Below, piece by piece: positions 23,801 to 37,400 of a stretch of 64,000 nt of DNA. The notes under the pieces were generated by a model. It made no database searches, was not told where the DNA came from, and worked only from the letters and a program-made list of their open reading frames with translations. The translations under genes and the position numbers were made by a program. The number at the start of each line of letters is the position of its first letter. Position 1 is the first letter of the stretch. Source of the DNA: Eledone cirrhosa (Eukaryota); NCBI GenBank assembly GCA_964016885.1, contig OZ024744.1, forward strand, positions 134,292,001 through 134,356,000, written 5' to 3'.

Positions 23801-26800
23801 TTGGGGTTAAGTTAAGTTCGGGTTAAGTTAAGATGGGGTTAATTTAAGTTGGGGTTAAGTTAAGTTGAGGTTAAGTTAAGTTGGGGTTAAATTAAGTTGG
23901 GGTTAAGTTAAGTTGGGGTTAAGTCAAGTTGGGGTTAAGTTAAGTTGGGGATAAGCTAAGTTGGGGATAATTTAAGTTGGGTTTAAGTTAAGTTGGGGTT
24001 AAGTTAAGTTGGGGTTAAGTTAAGTTGGGGTTAATTTAAGTTGGGGCTAAGTTAAGTTGGGACTGAGTTAAGTTGGGGTTAAGTTAAGTTGGGGTTAAGT
24101 TAAGTTGGGGTTAAGTTAAGTTGGAGTTTATTTAAGTTGGGGTTAAGTTAAGTTGGGGTTCAGTTAAGTTGGGGTTAAGTTAAGTTGGGGTTAAGATGGG
24201 GTTAAATTAAGTTGGGGTTAAGTTAAGTTGGGGTTAATTTAAGTTGGGGTTAAGTTAAGTTGGGGTTAAGTTAAGTCGGGGTTAAGTTAAGTCGGGGTTA
24301 AGTTAAGTTAGGGTTCAGTTAAGTTGGGGTTAAGTTAAGTTGGGGTTGAGTTAAGTTGGGGTTGAGTTAAATTGGGGTTGAGTTAAGTTGGGGTTGAGTT
24401 AAGTTGGTGTTGAGTTAAGTTGGGGTTAAGTTAAGTTGGGGTTAAGTTAATTTGTGGTTAAGTTAAGTTGGGGTTAAGTTAAGTTGGGGTTAAGTTAAGT
24501 TGGGGGTAAGTTAAGTCGGGGTTAAGTTAAGTTGGGGTTGAGTTAAGTTGGGGTTAATTTAAGTTGGGGTTAAGTTAAGTTGGGGTTAAGTTAAGTTGGG
24601 GTTAAGTTAAGTTGGGGTTAAGTTAAGTTGAGGTTAAGTTAAGTTGGGGTTAAATTAAGTTGGGGTTAAGTTAAGTTGGAGTTAAGTTAAGTTGGGGTTA
24701 AGTTAAGTTGGGGATAAGTTAAGTTGGGGATAATTTAAGTTGGGGTTAAGTTAAGTTGGGTTTAAGTTAAGTTGGGGTTAAGTTAAGTTGGGGATAAGTT
24801 AAGTTGGGGTTAAGTTAAGTTGGGGTTAAGTTAAGTTGGGGTTAAGTTAAGTTGGGGCTAAGTTAAGTTGGGGCTGAGTTAAGTTGGGGTTAAGTTAAGT
24901 TGGGGTTAAGTTAAGTTGGGGTTAATTTAAGTTGGGGTTTATTTAAGTTGGGGTTACGTTAAGTTGGTGTTAAGTTAAGTTGGGGTTAATTTAAGTTGGG
25001 GTTAATTAAGTTGGGGTTAAGTTAAGTTGGGGTTAAGTTAAGTTGGGGTTAAGTTAAGTTGGGGTTAAGTTAAGTTGGGGTTAATTTAAGTTGGGGTTAA
25101 GTTAAGTTGGGGTTAAGTTAAGTTGAGGTTAAGTTAAGTTGGGGTTAAATTAAGTTGGGGTTAAGTTAAGTTGGGGTTAAGTTAAGTTGGGGTTAAGTTA
25201 AGTTGGGGATAAGTTAAGTTGGGGATAATTTAAGTTGGGGTTAAGTTAAGTTGGGGTTAAATTAAGTTGGGGTTAAGTTAAGTTGGGGTTAAGTTAAGTT
25301 GGGGTTAAGTTAAGTTGGGGATAAGTTAAGTTGGGGATAATTTAAGTTGGGGTTAAGTTAAGTTGGGTTTAAGTTAAGTTGGGGTTAAGTTAAGTTGGGG
25401 ATAAGTTAAGTTGGGGTTAAGTTAAGTTGGGGTTAAGTTAAGTTGGGGTTAAGTTAAGTTGGGGCTAAGTTAAGTTGGGGATAAGTTAAGTTGGGGTTAA
25501 GTTAAGTTGAGGTTAAGTTAAGTTGGGGTTAAATTAAGTTGGGGTTAAGTTAAGTTGGGGTTAAGTTAAGTTGGGGTTACGTTAAGTTGGGGATAAGTTA
25601 AGTTGGGGATAATTTAAGTTGGGGTTAAGTTAAGTTGGGTTTAAGTTAAGTTAGGGTTAAGTTAAGTTGGGGATAAGTTAAGTTGGGGTTAAGTTAAGTT
25701 GGGGTTAAGTTAAGTTGGGGTTAAGTTAAGTTGGGGGTAAGTTAAGTCGGGGTTAAGTTAAGTTGGGGTTGAGTTAAGTTGGGGTTAATTTAAGTTGGGG
25801 TTAAGTTAAGTTGGGGTTAAGTTAAGTTGGGGTTAAGTTAAGTTGGGGTTAAGTTAAGTCGGGGTTAAGTTAAGTTGGGGTTAAGTTAAGTTGGGGTTAA
25901 TTTAAGTTGGGGTTAAGTTAAGTTGGGGTTAAGTTAAGTTGGGGTTAAATTAAGTTGGGGTTAAGTTAAGTTGGGGTTAAGTCAAGTTGGGGTTAAGTTA
26001 AGTTGGGGATAAGTTAAGTTGGGGATAATTTAAGTTGGGGTTAAGTTAAGTTGGGTTTAAGTTAAGTTGGGGTTAAGTTAAGTTGGGGTTAAGTTAAGTT
26101 GGGGTTAAGTTAAGTTGGGGTTAAGTTAAGTTGGGGTTAAGTTAAGTCGGGGTTAAGTTAAGTTGGGGTTAAGTTAAGTTGGGGTTAATTTAAGTTGGGG
26201 TTAAGTTAAGTTGGGGTCAAGTTAAGTTGGGGTTAAGTTGGGGTTAAGTTAAGTTAGGTTTAAGTTAAGTTGGGGTTAAGTTAAGTTGGGGTTAAGTTAA
26301 GTTTGGGTTAAGTTAAGTTGGGGTTAAGTTAAGTTGGGGTTAAGTTAAGTTGGGGTTAAGTTAAGTTGGGGTTAAGTTAAGTCGGGGTTAAGTTAAGTCG
26401 GGGTTAAGTTAAGTTAGGGTTCAGTTAAGTTGGGGTTAAGTTAAGTTGGGGTTGAGTTAAGTTGGGGTTGAGTTAAATTGGGGTTGAGTTAAGTTGGGGT
26501 TGAGTTAAGTTGGTGTTGAGTTAAGTTGGGGTTAAGTTAAGTTGGGGTTAAGTTAATTTGTGGTTAAGTTAAGTTGGGGTTAAGTTAAGTTGGGGTTAAG
26601 TTAAGTTGGGGGTAAGTTAAGTCGGGGTTAAGTTAAGTTGGGGTTGAGTTAAGTTGGGGTTAATTTAAGTTGGGGTTAAGTTAAGTTGGGGTTAAGTTAA
26701 GTTGGGGTTAAGTTAAGTTGGGGTTAAGTTAAGTTGAGGTTAAGTTAAGTTGGGGTTAAATTAAGTTGGGGTTAAGTTAAGTTGGAGTTAAGTTAAGTTG

Positions 26801-27920
26801 GGGTTAAGTTAAGTTGGGGATAAGTTAAGTTGGGGATAATTTAAGTTGGGGTTAAGTTAAGTTGGGTTTAAGTTAAGTTGGGGTTAAGTTAAGTTGGGGA
26901 TAAGTTAAGTTGGGGTTAAGTTAAGTTGGGGTTAAGTTAAGTTGGGGTTAAGTTAAGTTGGGGCTAAGTTAAGTTGGGGCTGAGTTAAGTTGGGGTTAAG
27001 TTAAGTTGGGGTTAAGTTAAGTTGGGGTTAATTTAAGTTGGGGTTTATTTAAGTTGGGGTTACGTTAAGTTGGTGTTAAGTTAAGTTGGGGTTAATTTAA
27101 GTTGGGGTTAATTAAGTTGGGGTTAAGTTAAGTTGGGGTTAAGTTAAGTTGGGGTTAAGTTAAGTTGGGGTTAAGTTAAGTTGGGGTTAATTTAAGTTGG
27201 GGTTAAGTTAAGTTGGGGTTAAGTTAAGTTGAGGTTAAGTTAAGTTGGGGTTAAATTAAGTTGGGGTTAAGTTAAGTTGGGGTTAAGTTAAGTTGGGGTT
27301 AAGTTAAGTTGGGGATAAGTTAAGTTGGGGATAATTTAAGTTGGGGTTAAGTTAAGTTGGGGTTAAATTAAGTTGGGGTTAAGTTAAGTTGGGGTTAAGT
27401 TAAGTTGGGGTTAAGTTAAGTTGGGGATAAGTTAAGTTGGGGATAATTTAAGTTGGGGTTAAGTTAAGTTGGGTTTAAGTTAAGTTGGGGTTAAGTTAAG
27501 TTGGGGATAAGTTAAGTTGGGGTTAAGTTAAGTTGGGGTTAAGTTAAGTTGGGGTTAAGTTAAGTTGGGGCTAAGTTAAGTTGGGGATAAGTTAAGTTGG
27601 GGTTAAGTTAAGTTGAGGTTAAGTTAAGTTGGGGTTAAATTAAGTTGGGGTTAAGTTAAGTTGGGGTTAAGTTAAGTTGGGGTTACGTTAAGTTGGGGAT
27701 AAGTTAAGTTGGGGATAATTTAAGTTGGGGTTAAGTTAAGTTGGGTTTAAGTTAAGTTAGGGTTAAGTTAAGTTGGGGATAAGTTAAGTTGGGGTTAAGT
27801 TAAGTTGGGGTTAAGTTAAGTTGGGGTTAAGTTAAGTTGGGGGTAAGTTAAGTCGGGGTTAAGTTAAGTTGGGGTTGAGTTAAGTTGGGGTTAATTTAAG
27901 TTGGGGTTAAGTTAAGTTGG
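11850..27920 (+). repeat. Copy 1 of a large (~11.3-kb ancestral) tandem duplication, expanded to ~16.1 kb by two nested duplications
   Basis: Rare variants shared with copy 2 at offsets 16070-16156: AAATCGG 12451/28521, GTGGCT 12744/28814, AAATAAAG 15070/31141, TTACCTT 17396/33552, CTGAATT 17841/33997, TAACTT 19338/35494, AGTGAAG 20191/36347, ATAAGCT 21218/37374. Confidence 0.88.
19340..24815 (+). repeat. Tandem duplication, 2 x 2,738 bp (junction ~22,060-22,105)
   Basis: GGGAATAA 19413/22151, AGTGAAG 20191/22929 and ATAAGCT 21218/23956 are all offset by 2738. Confidence 0.9.
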
Positions 27921-28451
27921 GGTTAAGTTAAGTTGGGGTTAAGTTAAGTTGGGGTTAAGTTAAGTCGGGGTTAAGTTAAGTTGGGGTTAAGTTAAGTTGG
28001 GGTTAATTTAAGTTGGGGTTAAGTTAAGTTGGGGTTAAGTTAAGTTGGGGTTAAATTAAGTTGGGGTTAAGTTAAGTTGGGGTTAAGTCAAGTTGGGGTT
28101 AAGTTAAGTTGGGGATAAGTTAAGTTGGGGATAATTTAAGTTGGGGTTAAGTTAAGTTGGGTTTAAGTTAAGTTGGGGTTAAGTTAAGTTGGGGTTAAGT
28201 TAAGTTGGGGTTAAGTTAAGTTGGGGTTAAGTTAAGTTGGGGTTAAGTTAAGTCGGGGTTAAGTTAAGTTGGGGTTAAGTTAAGTTGGGGTTAATTTAAG
28301 TTGGGGTTAAGTTAAGTTGGGGTCAAGTTAAGTTGGGGTTAAGTTGGGGTTAAGTTAAGTTAGGTTTAAGTTAAGTTGGGGTTAAGTTAAGTTGGGGTTA
28401 AGTTAAGTTTGGGTTAAGTTAAGTTGGGGTTAAGTTAAGTTGGGGTTAAGT
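24240..28451 (+). repeat. Tandem duplication, 2 x 2,106 bp (junction ~26,345)
   Basis: TTACG 24957/27063, TTACG-GGATA 25580/27686 and GTTTGGG 26301/28407 are all offset by 2106. Confidence 0.88.
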
Positions 28452-31400
28452 TAATTTGTGGTTAAGTTAAGTTGGGGTTAAGTTAAGTTGGGGTTAAGTT
28501 AAGTTGGGGTTAAGTTAAATCGGGGTTAAGTTAAGTTGGGGTTAAGTTAAGTTGGGGTTAATTTAAGTTGGGGTTAAGTTAAGTTGGGGTTAAGTTAAGT
28601 TGGGGTTAAATTAAGTTGGGGTTAAGTTAAGTTGGGGTTAAGTCAAGTTGGGGTTAAGTTAAGTTGGGGATAAGTTAAGTTGGGGATAATTTAAGTTGGG
28701 GTTAAGTTAAGTTGGGTTTAAGTTAAGTTGGGGTTAAGTTAAGTTGGGGTTAAGTTAAGTTGGGGTTAAGTTAAGTTGGGGTTAAGTTAAGTTGGGGTTA
28801 AGTTAAGTTGTGGCTAAGTTAAGTTGGGGCTGAGTTAAGTTGGGGTTAAGTTAAGTTGGGCTTAATTTAAGTTGGGGTTAAGTTAAGTTAGGGTTCAGTT
28901 AAGTTGGGGTTAAGTTAAGTTGGGGTTAAGTTAAGTTGGGGTTAAGTTAAGTCGGGGTTAAGTTAAGTTGGGGTTAAGTTAAGTTGGGGTTAAGTTAAGT
29001 CGGGGTTAAGTTAAGTTGGGGTTAAGTTAAGTTGGGGTTAATTTAAGTTGGGGTTAAGTTAAGTTGGGGTTAAGTTAAGTTGGGGTTAAGTTAAGATGGG
29101 GTTAATTTAAGTTGGGGTTAAGTTAAGTTGAGGTTAAGTTAAGTTGGGGTTAAATTAAGTTGGGGTTAAGTTAAGTTGGGGTTAAGTCAAGTTGGGGTTA
29201 AGTTAAGTTGGGGATAAGTTAAGTTGGGGATAATTTAAGTTGGGTTTAAGTTAAGTTGGGGTTAAGTTGAGTTGGGGTTAAGTTAAGTTGGGGTTAAATT
29301 AAGTTGGGGTTAAGTTAAGTTGGGGTTAAGTCAAGTTGGGGTTAAGTTAAGTTGGGGATAAGTTAAGTTGGGGATAATTTAAGTTGGGTTTAAGTTAAGT
29401 TGGGGTTAAGTTGAGTTGGGGTTAAGTTAAGTTGGGGTTAAGTTAAGTTGGGGTTAATTTAAGTTGGGGCTAAGTTAAGTTGGGACTGAGTTAAGTTGGG
29501 GTTAAGTTAAGTTGGGGTTAAGTTAAGTTGGAGTTTATTTAAGTTGGGGTTAAGTTAAGTTGGGGTTCAGTTAAGTTGGGGTTAAGTTAAGTTGGGGTTA
29601 AGATGGGGTTAAATTAAGTTGGGGTTAAGTTAAGTTGGGGTTAAGTTAAGTTGGGGTTAAGTTAAGTCGGGGTTAAGTTAAGTCGGGGTTAAGTTAAGTT
29701 AGGGTTCAGTTAAGTTGGGGTTAAGTTAAGTTGGGGTTGAGTTAAGTTGGGGTTGAGTTAAATTGGGGTTGAGTTAAGTTGGGGTTGAGTTAAGTTGGTG
29801 TTGAGTTAAGTTGGGGTTAAGTTAAGTTTGGGTTAAGTTAATTTGTGGTTAAGTTAAGTTGGGGTTAAGTTAAGTTGGGATTAAGTTAAGTTGGGGTTAA
29901 GTTAAGTTGGGGTTAAGTTAAGTTGGGGATAAGTTAAGTTGGGGATAATTTAAGTTGGGGTTAAGTTAAGTTGGGTTTAAGTTAAGTTGGGGTTAAGTTA
30001 AGTTGGGGATAAGTTAAGTTGGGGTTAAGTTAAGTTGGGGTTAAGTTAAGTTGGGGTTAAGTTAAGTTGGGGCTAAGTTAAGTTGGGGCTGAGTTAAGTT
30101 GGGGTTAAGTTAAGTTGGGGTTAAGTTAAGTTGGGGTTAATTTAAGTTGGGGTTTATTTAAGTTGGGGTTAAGTTAAGTTGGGGTTAAGATGGGGTTAAA
30201 TTAAGTTGGGGTTAAGTTAAGTTGGGGTTAATTTAAGTTGGGGTTAAGTTAAGTTGGGGTTAAGTTAAGTCGGGGTTAAGTTAAGTCGGGGTTAAGTTAA
30301 GTTAGGGTTCAGTTAAGTTGGGGTTAAGTTAAGTTGGGGTTGAGTTAAGTTGGGGTTGAGTTAAGTTGGTGTTGAGTTAAGTTGGGGTTAAGTTAAGTTG
30401 GGGTTAAGTTAATTTGTGGTTAAGTTAAGTTGGGGTTAAGTTAAGTTGGGGTTAAGTTAAGTTGGGGGTAAGTTAAGTCGGGGTTAAGTTAAGTTGGGGT
30501 TGAGTTAAGTTGGGGTTAATTTAAGTTGGGGTTAAGTTAAGTTGGGGTTAAGTTAAGTTGGAGTTAAGTTAAGTTGGGGTTAAGTTAAGTTGGGGATAAG
30601 TTAAGTTGGGGATAATTTAAGTTGGGGTTAAGTTAAGTTGGGTTTAAGTTAAGTTGGGGTTAAGTTAAGTTGGGGATAAGTTAAGTTGGGGTTAAGTTAA
30701 GTTGGGGTTAAGTTAAGTTGGGGTTAAGTTAAGTTGGGGCTAAGTTAAGTTGGGGCTGAGTTAAGTTGGGGTTAAGTTAAGTTGGGGTTAAGTTAAGTTG
30801 GGGTTAATTTAAGTTGGGGTTTATTTAAGTTGGGGTTACGTTAAGTTGGTGTTAAGTTAAGTTGGGGTTAATTTAAGTTGGGGTTAATTAAGTTGGGGTT
30901 AAGTTAAGTTGGGGTTAAGTTAAGTTGGGGTTAAGTTAAGTTGGGGTTAAGTTAAGTTGGGGTTAATTTAAGTTGGGGTTAAGTTAAGTTGGGGTTAAGT
31001 TAAGTTGAGGTTAAGTTAAGTTGGGGTTAAATTAAGTTGGGGTTAAGTTAAGTTGGGGTTAAGTTAAGTTGGGGTTAAGTTAAGTTGGGGATAAGTTAAG
31101 TTGGGGATAATTTAAGTTGGGGTTAAGTTAAGTTGGGGTTAAATAAAGTTGGGGTTAAGTTAAGTTGGGGTTAAGTTAAGTTGGGGTTAAGTTAAGTTGG
31201 GGATAAGTTAAGTTGGGGATAATTTAAGTTGGGGTTAAGTTAAGTTGGGTTTAAGTTAAGTTGGGGTTAAGTTAAGTTGAGGATAAGTTAAGTTGGGGTT
31301 AAGTTAAGTTGGGGTTAAGTTAAGTTGGGGTTAAGTTAAGTTGGGGCTAAGTTAAGTTGGGGATAAGTTAAGTTGGGGTTAAGTTAAGTTGAGGTTAAGT

Positions 31401-34400
31401 TAAGTTGGGGTTAAATTAAGTTGGGGTTAAGTTAAGTTGGGGTTAAGTTAAGTTGGGGTTACGTTAAGTTGGGGATAAGTTAAGTTGGGGATAATTTAAG
31501 TTGGGGTTAAGTTAAGTTGGGTTTAAGTTAAGTTGGGGTTAAGTTAAGTTGGGGATAAGTTAAGTTGGGGTTAAGTTAAGTTGGGGTTAAGTTAAGTTGG
31601 GGTTAAGTTAAGTTGGGGCTAAGTTAAGTTGGGGCTGAGTTAAGTTGGGGTTAAGTTAAGTTGGGGTTAAGTTAAGTTGGGGTTAATTTAAGTTGGGGTT
31701 TATTTAAGTTGGGGTTACGTTAAGTTGGTGTTAAGTTAAGTTGGGGTTAATTTAAGTTGGGGTTAATTAAGTTGGGGTTAAGTTAAGTTGGGGTTAAGTT
31801 AAGTTGGGGTTAATTTAAGTTGGGGTTGAGTTAAGTTGGGGTTAAGTTAAGTTGGGGTTATATTAAGTTGGGGTTAAGTTACGTTGGGGTTCAGTTAAGT
31901 TGGGTATAAGTTAAGTTGGGGTTAAGTTAATTTGGGGTTAAGTTAAGTTGGGGTTAAGTTAAGTTGGGGTTAAGTTAAGTTGGGGTTAAGTTAAGTTGGT
32001 GTTAAGTTAAGTTGGGGCTAAGTTAAGTTGGGGCTGAGTTAAGTTGGGGCTGAGTTAAGTTGGGGTTAAGTTAAGTTGGGGTCAAGTTAAGTTGGGGTTA
32101 AGTTGGGGTTAAGTTAAGTTAGGTTTAAGTTAAGATGGGGTTATGTTAAGTTGGGGTTAAGTTAAGTTGGGCTTAAGTTAAGTCGGGGTTAAGTTAAGTT
32201 GGGGTTAAGTTAAGTTGGGGTTAATTTAAGTTGGGGTTAAGTTAAGTTGGGGTCAAGTTAAGTTGGGGTTAAGTTGGGGTTAAGTTAATTTGTGGTTAAG
32301 TTAAGTTGGGGTTAAGTTAAGTTGGGGTTAAGTTAAGTTGGGGTTAAGTTAAGTCGGGGTTAAGTTAAGTTGGGGTTAAGTTAAGTTGGGGTTAATTTAA
32401 GTTGGGGTTAAGTTAAGTTGGGGTCAAGTTAAGTTGGGGTTAAGTTGGGGTTAAGTTAAGTTAGGTTTAAGTTAAGTTGGGGTTAAGTTAAGTTGGGGTT
32501 AAGTTAAGTTGGGGTTAAGTTAAGTTGGGGTTAAGTTAATTTGTGGTTAAGTTAAGTTGGGGTTAAGTTAAGTTGGGGTTAAGTTAAGTTGGGGTTAAGT
32601 TAAGTCGGGGTTAAGTTAAGTTGGGGTTAAGTTAAGTTGGGGTTAATTTAAGTTGGGGTTAAGTTAAGTTGGGGTTAAGTTAAGTTGGGGTTAAATTAAG
32701 TTGGGGTTATGTTAAGTTGGGGTTAAGTCAAGTTGGGGTTAAGTTAAGTTGGGGATAAGTTAAGTTGGGGATAATTTAAGTTGGGGTTAAGTTAAGTTGG
32801 GTTTAAGTTAAGTTGGGGTTAAGTTAAGTTGGGGTTAAGTTAAGTTGGGGTTAAGTTAAGTTGGGGTTAAGTTAAGTTGGGGTTAAGTTAAGTTGGGGCT
32901 AAGTTAAGTTGGGGCTGAGTTAAGTTGGGGTTAAGTTAAGTTGGGCTTAATTTAAGTCGGGGTTAAGTTAAGTTAGGGTTCAGTTAAGTTGGGGTTAAGT
33001 TAAGTTGGGGTTAAGTTAAGTTGGGGTTAAGTTAAGTCGGGGTTAAGTTAAGTTGGGTTAAGTTAAGTTGGGGTTAAGTTAAGTCGGGGTTAAGTTAAGT
33101 TGGGGTTAAGTTAAGTTGGGGTTAATTTAAGTTGGGGTTAAGTTAAGTTGGGGTTAAGTTAAGTTGGGGTTAAGTTAAGATGGGGTTAATTTAAGTTGGG
33201 GTTAAGTTAAGTTGAGGTTAAGTTAAGTTGGGGTTAAATTAAGTTGGGGTTAAGGTAAGTTGGGGTTAAGTCAAGTTGGGGTTAAGTTAAGTTGGGGTTA
33301 AGATGGGGTTAAATTAAGTTGGGGTTAAGTTAAGTTGGGGTTAATTTAAGTTGGGGTTAAGTTAAGTTGGGGTTAAGTTAAGTCGGGGTTAAGTTAAGTC
33401 GGGGTTAAGTTAAGTTAGGGTTCAGTTAAGTTGGGGTTAAGTTAAGTTGGGGTTGAGTTAAGTTGGGGTTGAGTTAAATTGGGGTTGAGTTAAGTTGGGG
33501 TTGAGTTAAGTTGGTGTTGAGTTAAGTTGGGGTTAAGTTAAGTTGGGGTTACCTTAATTTGTGGTTAAGTTAAGTTGGGGTTAAGTTAAGTTGGGGTTAA
33601 GTTAAGTTGGGGTTAAGTTAAGTCGGGGTTAAGTTAAGTTGGGGTTGAGTTAAGTTGGGGTTAATTTAAGTTGGGGTTAAGTTAAGTTGGGGTTAAGTTA
33701 AGTTGGGGTTAAGTTAAGTTGGGGTTAAGTTAAGTTGGGGTTAAGTTAAGTTGAGGTTAAGTTAAGTTGGGGTTAAATTAAGTTGGGGTTAAGTTAAGTT
33801 GGGGTTAAGTTAAGTTGGGGTTAAGTTAAGTTGGGGATAAGTTAAGTTGGGGATAATTTAAGTTGGGGTTAAGTTAAGTTGGGTTTAAGTTAAGTTGGGG
33901 TTAAGTTAAGTTCGGGATAAGTTAAGTTGGGGTTAAGTTAAGTTGGGGTTAAGTTAAGTTGGGGTTAAGTTAAGTTGGGGCTAAGTTAAGTTGGGGCTGA
34001 ATTAAGTTGGGGTTAAGTTAAGTTGGGGTTAAGTTAAGTTGGGGTTAATTTAAGTTGGGGTTTATTTAAGTTGGGGTTACGTTAAGTTGGTGTTAAGTTA
34101 AGTTGGGGTTAATTTAATTGGGGTTAATTAAGTTGGGGTTAAGTTAAGTTGGGGTTAAGTTAAGTTGGGGTTAATTTAAGTTGGGGTTGAGTTAAGTTGG
34201 GGTTAAGTTAAGTTGGGGTTATATTAAGTTGGGGTTAAGTTAAGTTGGGGTTCAGTTAAGTTGGGTATAAGTTAAGTTGGGGCTAAGTTAAGTTGGGGCT
34301 GAGTTAAGTTGGGGCTGAGTTAAGTTGGGGTTAAGTTAAGTTGGGGTCAAGTTAAGTTGGGGTTAAGTTGGGGTTAAGTTAAGTTAGGTTTAAGTTAAGA

Positions 34401-37400
34401 TGGGGTTAAGTTAAGTTGGGGTTAAGTTAAGTTGGGGTTAAGTTAAGTCGGGGTTAAGTTAAGTTGGGGTTAAGTTAAGTTGGGGTTAATTTAAGTTGGG
34501 GTTAAGTTAAGTTGGGGTCAAGTTAAGTTGGGGTTAAGTTGGGGTTAAGTTAATTTGTGGTTAAGTTAAGTTGGGGTTAAGTTGGGGTTAAGTTAAGTTA
34601 GGTTTAAGTTAAGTTGGGGTTAAGTTAAGTTGGGGTTAAGTTAATTTGTGGTTAAGTTAAGTTGGGGTTAAGTTGGGGTTAAGTTAAGTTAGGTTTAAGT
34701 TAAGTTGGGGTCAAGTTAAGTTGGGGTTAAGTTGGGGTTAAGTTAAGTTAGGTTTAAGTTAATTTGGGGTTAAGTTAAGTTGGGGTTAAGTTAAGTTGGG
34801 GTTAAGTTAATTTGGGGTTAAGTTAATTTGTGGTTAAGTTAAGTTAGGGTTAAGTTAAGTTGGGGTTAAGTTAAGTTGGGGTTAAGTTAAGTCGGGGTTA
34901 AGTTAAGTTGGGGTTAAGTTAAGTTGGGGTTAATTTAAGTTGGGGTTAAATTAAGTTGGGGTTAAGTTAAGTTGGGGTTAAGTCAAGTTGGGGTTAAGTT
35001 AAGTTGGGGATAAGTTAAGTTGGGGATAATTTAAGTTGGGGTTAAGTTAAGTTGGGTTTAAGTTAAGTTGGGGTTAAGTTAAGTTGGGGTTAAGTTAAAT
35101 TGGGGTTAAGTTAAGTTGGGGTTAAGTTAAGTTGGGGTTAAGTTAAGTTGGGGCTAAGTTAAGTTGGGGCTGAGTTAAGTTGGGGTTAAGTTAAGTTGGG
35201 CTTAATTTAAGTCGGGGTTAAGTTAAGTTAGGGTTCAGTTAAGTTGGGGTTAAGTTAAGTTTGGGTTAAGTTAAGTTGGGGTTAAGTTAAGTCGGGGTTA
35301 AGTTAAGTTGGGGTTAAGTTAAGTTGGGGTTAAGTTAAGTCGGGGTTAAGTTAAGTTGGGGTTAAGTTAAGTTGGGATTAATTTAAGTTGGGGTTAAGTT
35401 AAGTTGGGGTTAAGTTAAGTTGGGGTTAAGTTAAGATGGGGTTAATTTAAGTTGGGGTTAAGTTAAGTTGAGGTTAAGTTAAGTTGGGGTTAACTTAAGT
35501 TGGGGTTAAGTTAAGTTGGGGTTAAGTCAAGTTGGGGTTAAGTTAAGTTGGGGATAAGTTAAGTTGGGAATAATTTAAGTTGGGTTTAAGTTAAGTTGGG
35601 GTTAAGTTAAGTTGGGGTTAAGTTAAGTTGGGGTTAAGTTAAGTTGGGGTTAATTTAAGTTGGGGCTAAGTTAAGTTGGGACTGAGTTAAGTTGGGGTTA
35701 AGTTAAGTTGGGGTTAAGTTAAGTTGGGGTTAAGTTAAGTTGGAGTTTATTTAAGTTGGGGTTAAGTTAAGTTGGGGTTCAGTTAAGTTGGGGTTAAGTT
35801 AAGTTGGGGTTAAGATGGGGTTAAATTAAGTTGGGGTTAAGTTAAGTTGGGGTTAATTTAAGTTGGGGTTAAGTTAAGTTGGGGTTAAGTTAAGTCGGGG
35901 TTAAGTTAAGTCGGGGTTAAGTTAAGTTAGGGTTCAGTTAAGTTGGGGTTAAGTTAAGTTGGGGTTGAGTTAAGTTGGGGTTGAGTTAAATTGGGGTTGA
36001 GTTAAGTTGGGGTTGAGTTAAGTTGGTGTTGAGTTAAGTTGGGGTTAAGTTAAGTTGGGGTTAAGTTAATTTGTGGTTAAGTTAAGTTGGGGTTAAGTTA
36101 AGTTGGGGTTAAGTTAAGTTGGGGTTATATTAAGTTGGGGTTAAGTTAAGTTGGGGTTCAGTTAAGTTGGGTATAAGTTAAGTTGGGGTTAAGTTAAGTT
36201 GGGGTTAAGTTAAGTTGGGGTTAAGTTAAGTTGGTGTTAAGTTAAGTTGGGGCTAAGTTAAGTTGGGGCTGAGTTAAGTTGGGGCTGAGTTAAGTTGGGG
36301 TTAAGTTAAGTTGGGGTCAAGTTAAGTTGGGGTTAAGTTGGGGTTAAGTGAAGTTAGGTTTAAGTTAAGATGGGGTTAAGTTAAGTTGGGGTTAAGTTAA
36401 GTTGGGGTTAAGTTAAGTCGGGGTTAAGTTAAGTTGGGGTTAATTTAAGTTGGGGTTAAGTTAAGTTGGGGTCAAGTTAAGTTGGGGTTAAGTTGGGGTT
36501 AAGTTAATTTGTGGTTAAGTTAAGTTGGGGTTAAGTTGGGGTTAAGTTAAGTTAGGTTTAAGTTAAGTTGGGGTTAAGTTAAGTTGGGGTTAAGTTAATT
36601 TGTGGTTAAGTTAAGTTGGGGTTAAGTTGGGGTTAAGTTAAGTTAGGTTTAAGTTAAGTTGGGGTCAAGTTAAGTTGGGGTTAAGTTAAGTTAGGTTTAA
36701 GTTAAGTTGGGGTTAAGTTAAGTTGGGGTTAAGTTAAGTTGGGGTTAAGTTAAGTTGGGGTTAAGTTAATTTGTGGTTAAGTTAAGTTGGGGTTAAGTTA
36801 AGTTGGGGTTAAGTTAAGTTGGGGTTAAGTTAAGTCGGGGTTAAGTTAAGTTGGGGTTAAGTTAAGTTGGGGTTAATTTAAGTTGGGGTTAAGTTAAGTT
36901 GGGGTTAAGTTAAGTTGGGGTTAAATTAAGTTGGGGTTAAGTTAAGTTGGGGTTAAGTCAAGTTGGGGTTAAGTTAAGTTGGGGATAAGTTAAGTTGGGG
37001 ATAATTTAAGTTGGGGTTAAGTTAAGTTGGGTTTAAGTTAAGTTGGGGTTAAGTTAAGTTGGGGTTAAGTTAAGTTGGGGTTAAGTTAAGTTGGGGTTAA
37101 GTTAAGTCGGGGTTAAGTTAAGTTGGGGTTAAGTTAAGTTGGGGTTAAGTTAAGTCGGGGTTAAGTTAAGTTGGGGTTAAGTTAAGTTGGGGTTAATTTA
37201 AGTTGGGGTTAAGTTAAGTTGGGGTTAAGTTAAGTTGGGGTTAAGTTAAGATGGGGTTAATTTAAGTTGGGGTTAAGTTAAGTTGAGGTTAAGTTAAGTT
37301 GGGGTTAAATTAAGTTGGGGTTAAGTTAAGTTGGGGTTAAGTCAAGTTGGGGTTAAGTTAAGTTGGGGATAAGCTAAGTTGGGGATAATTTAAGTTGGGT

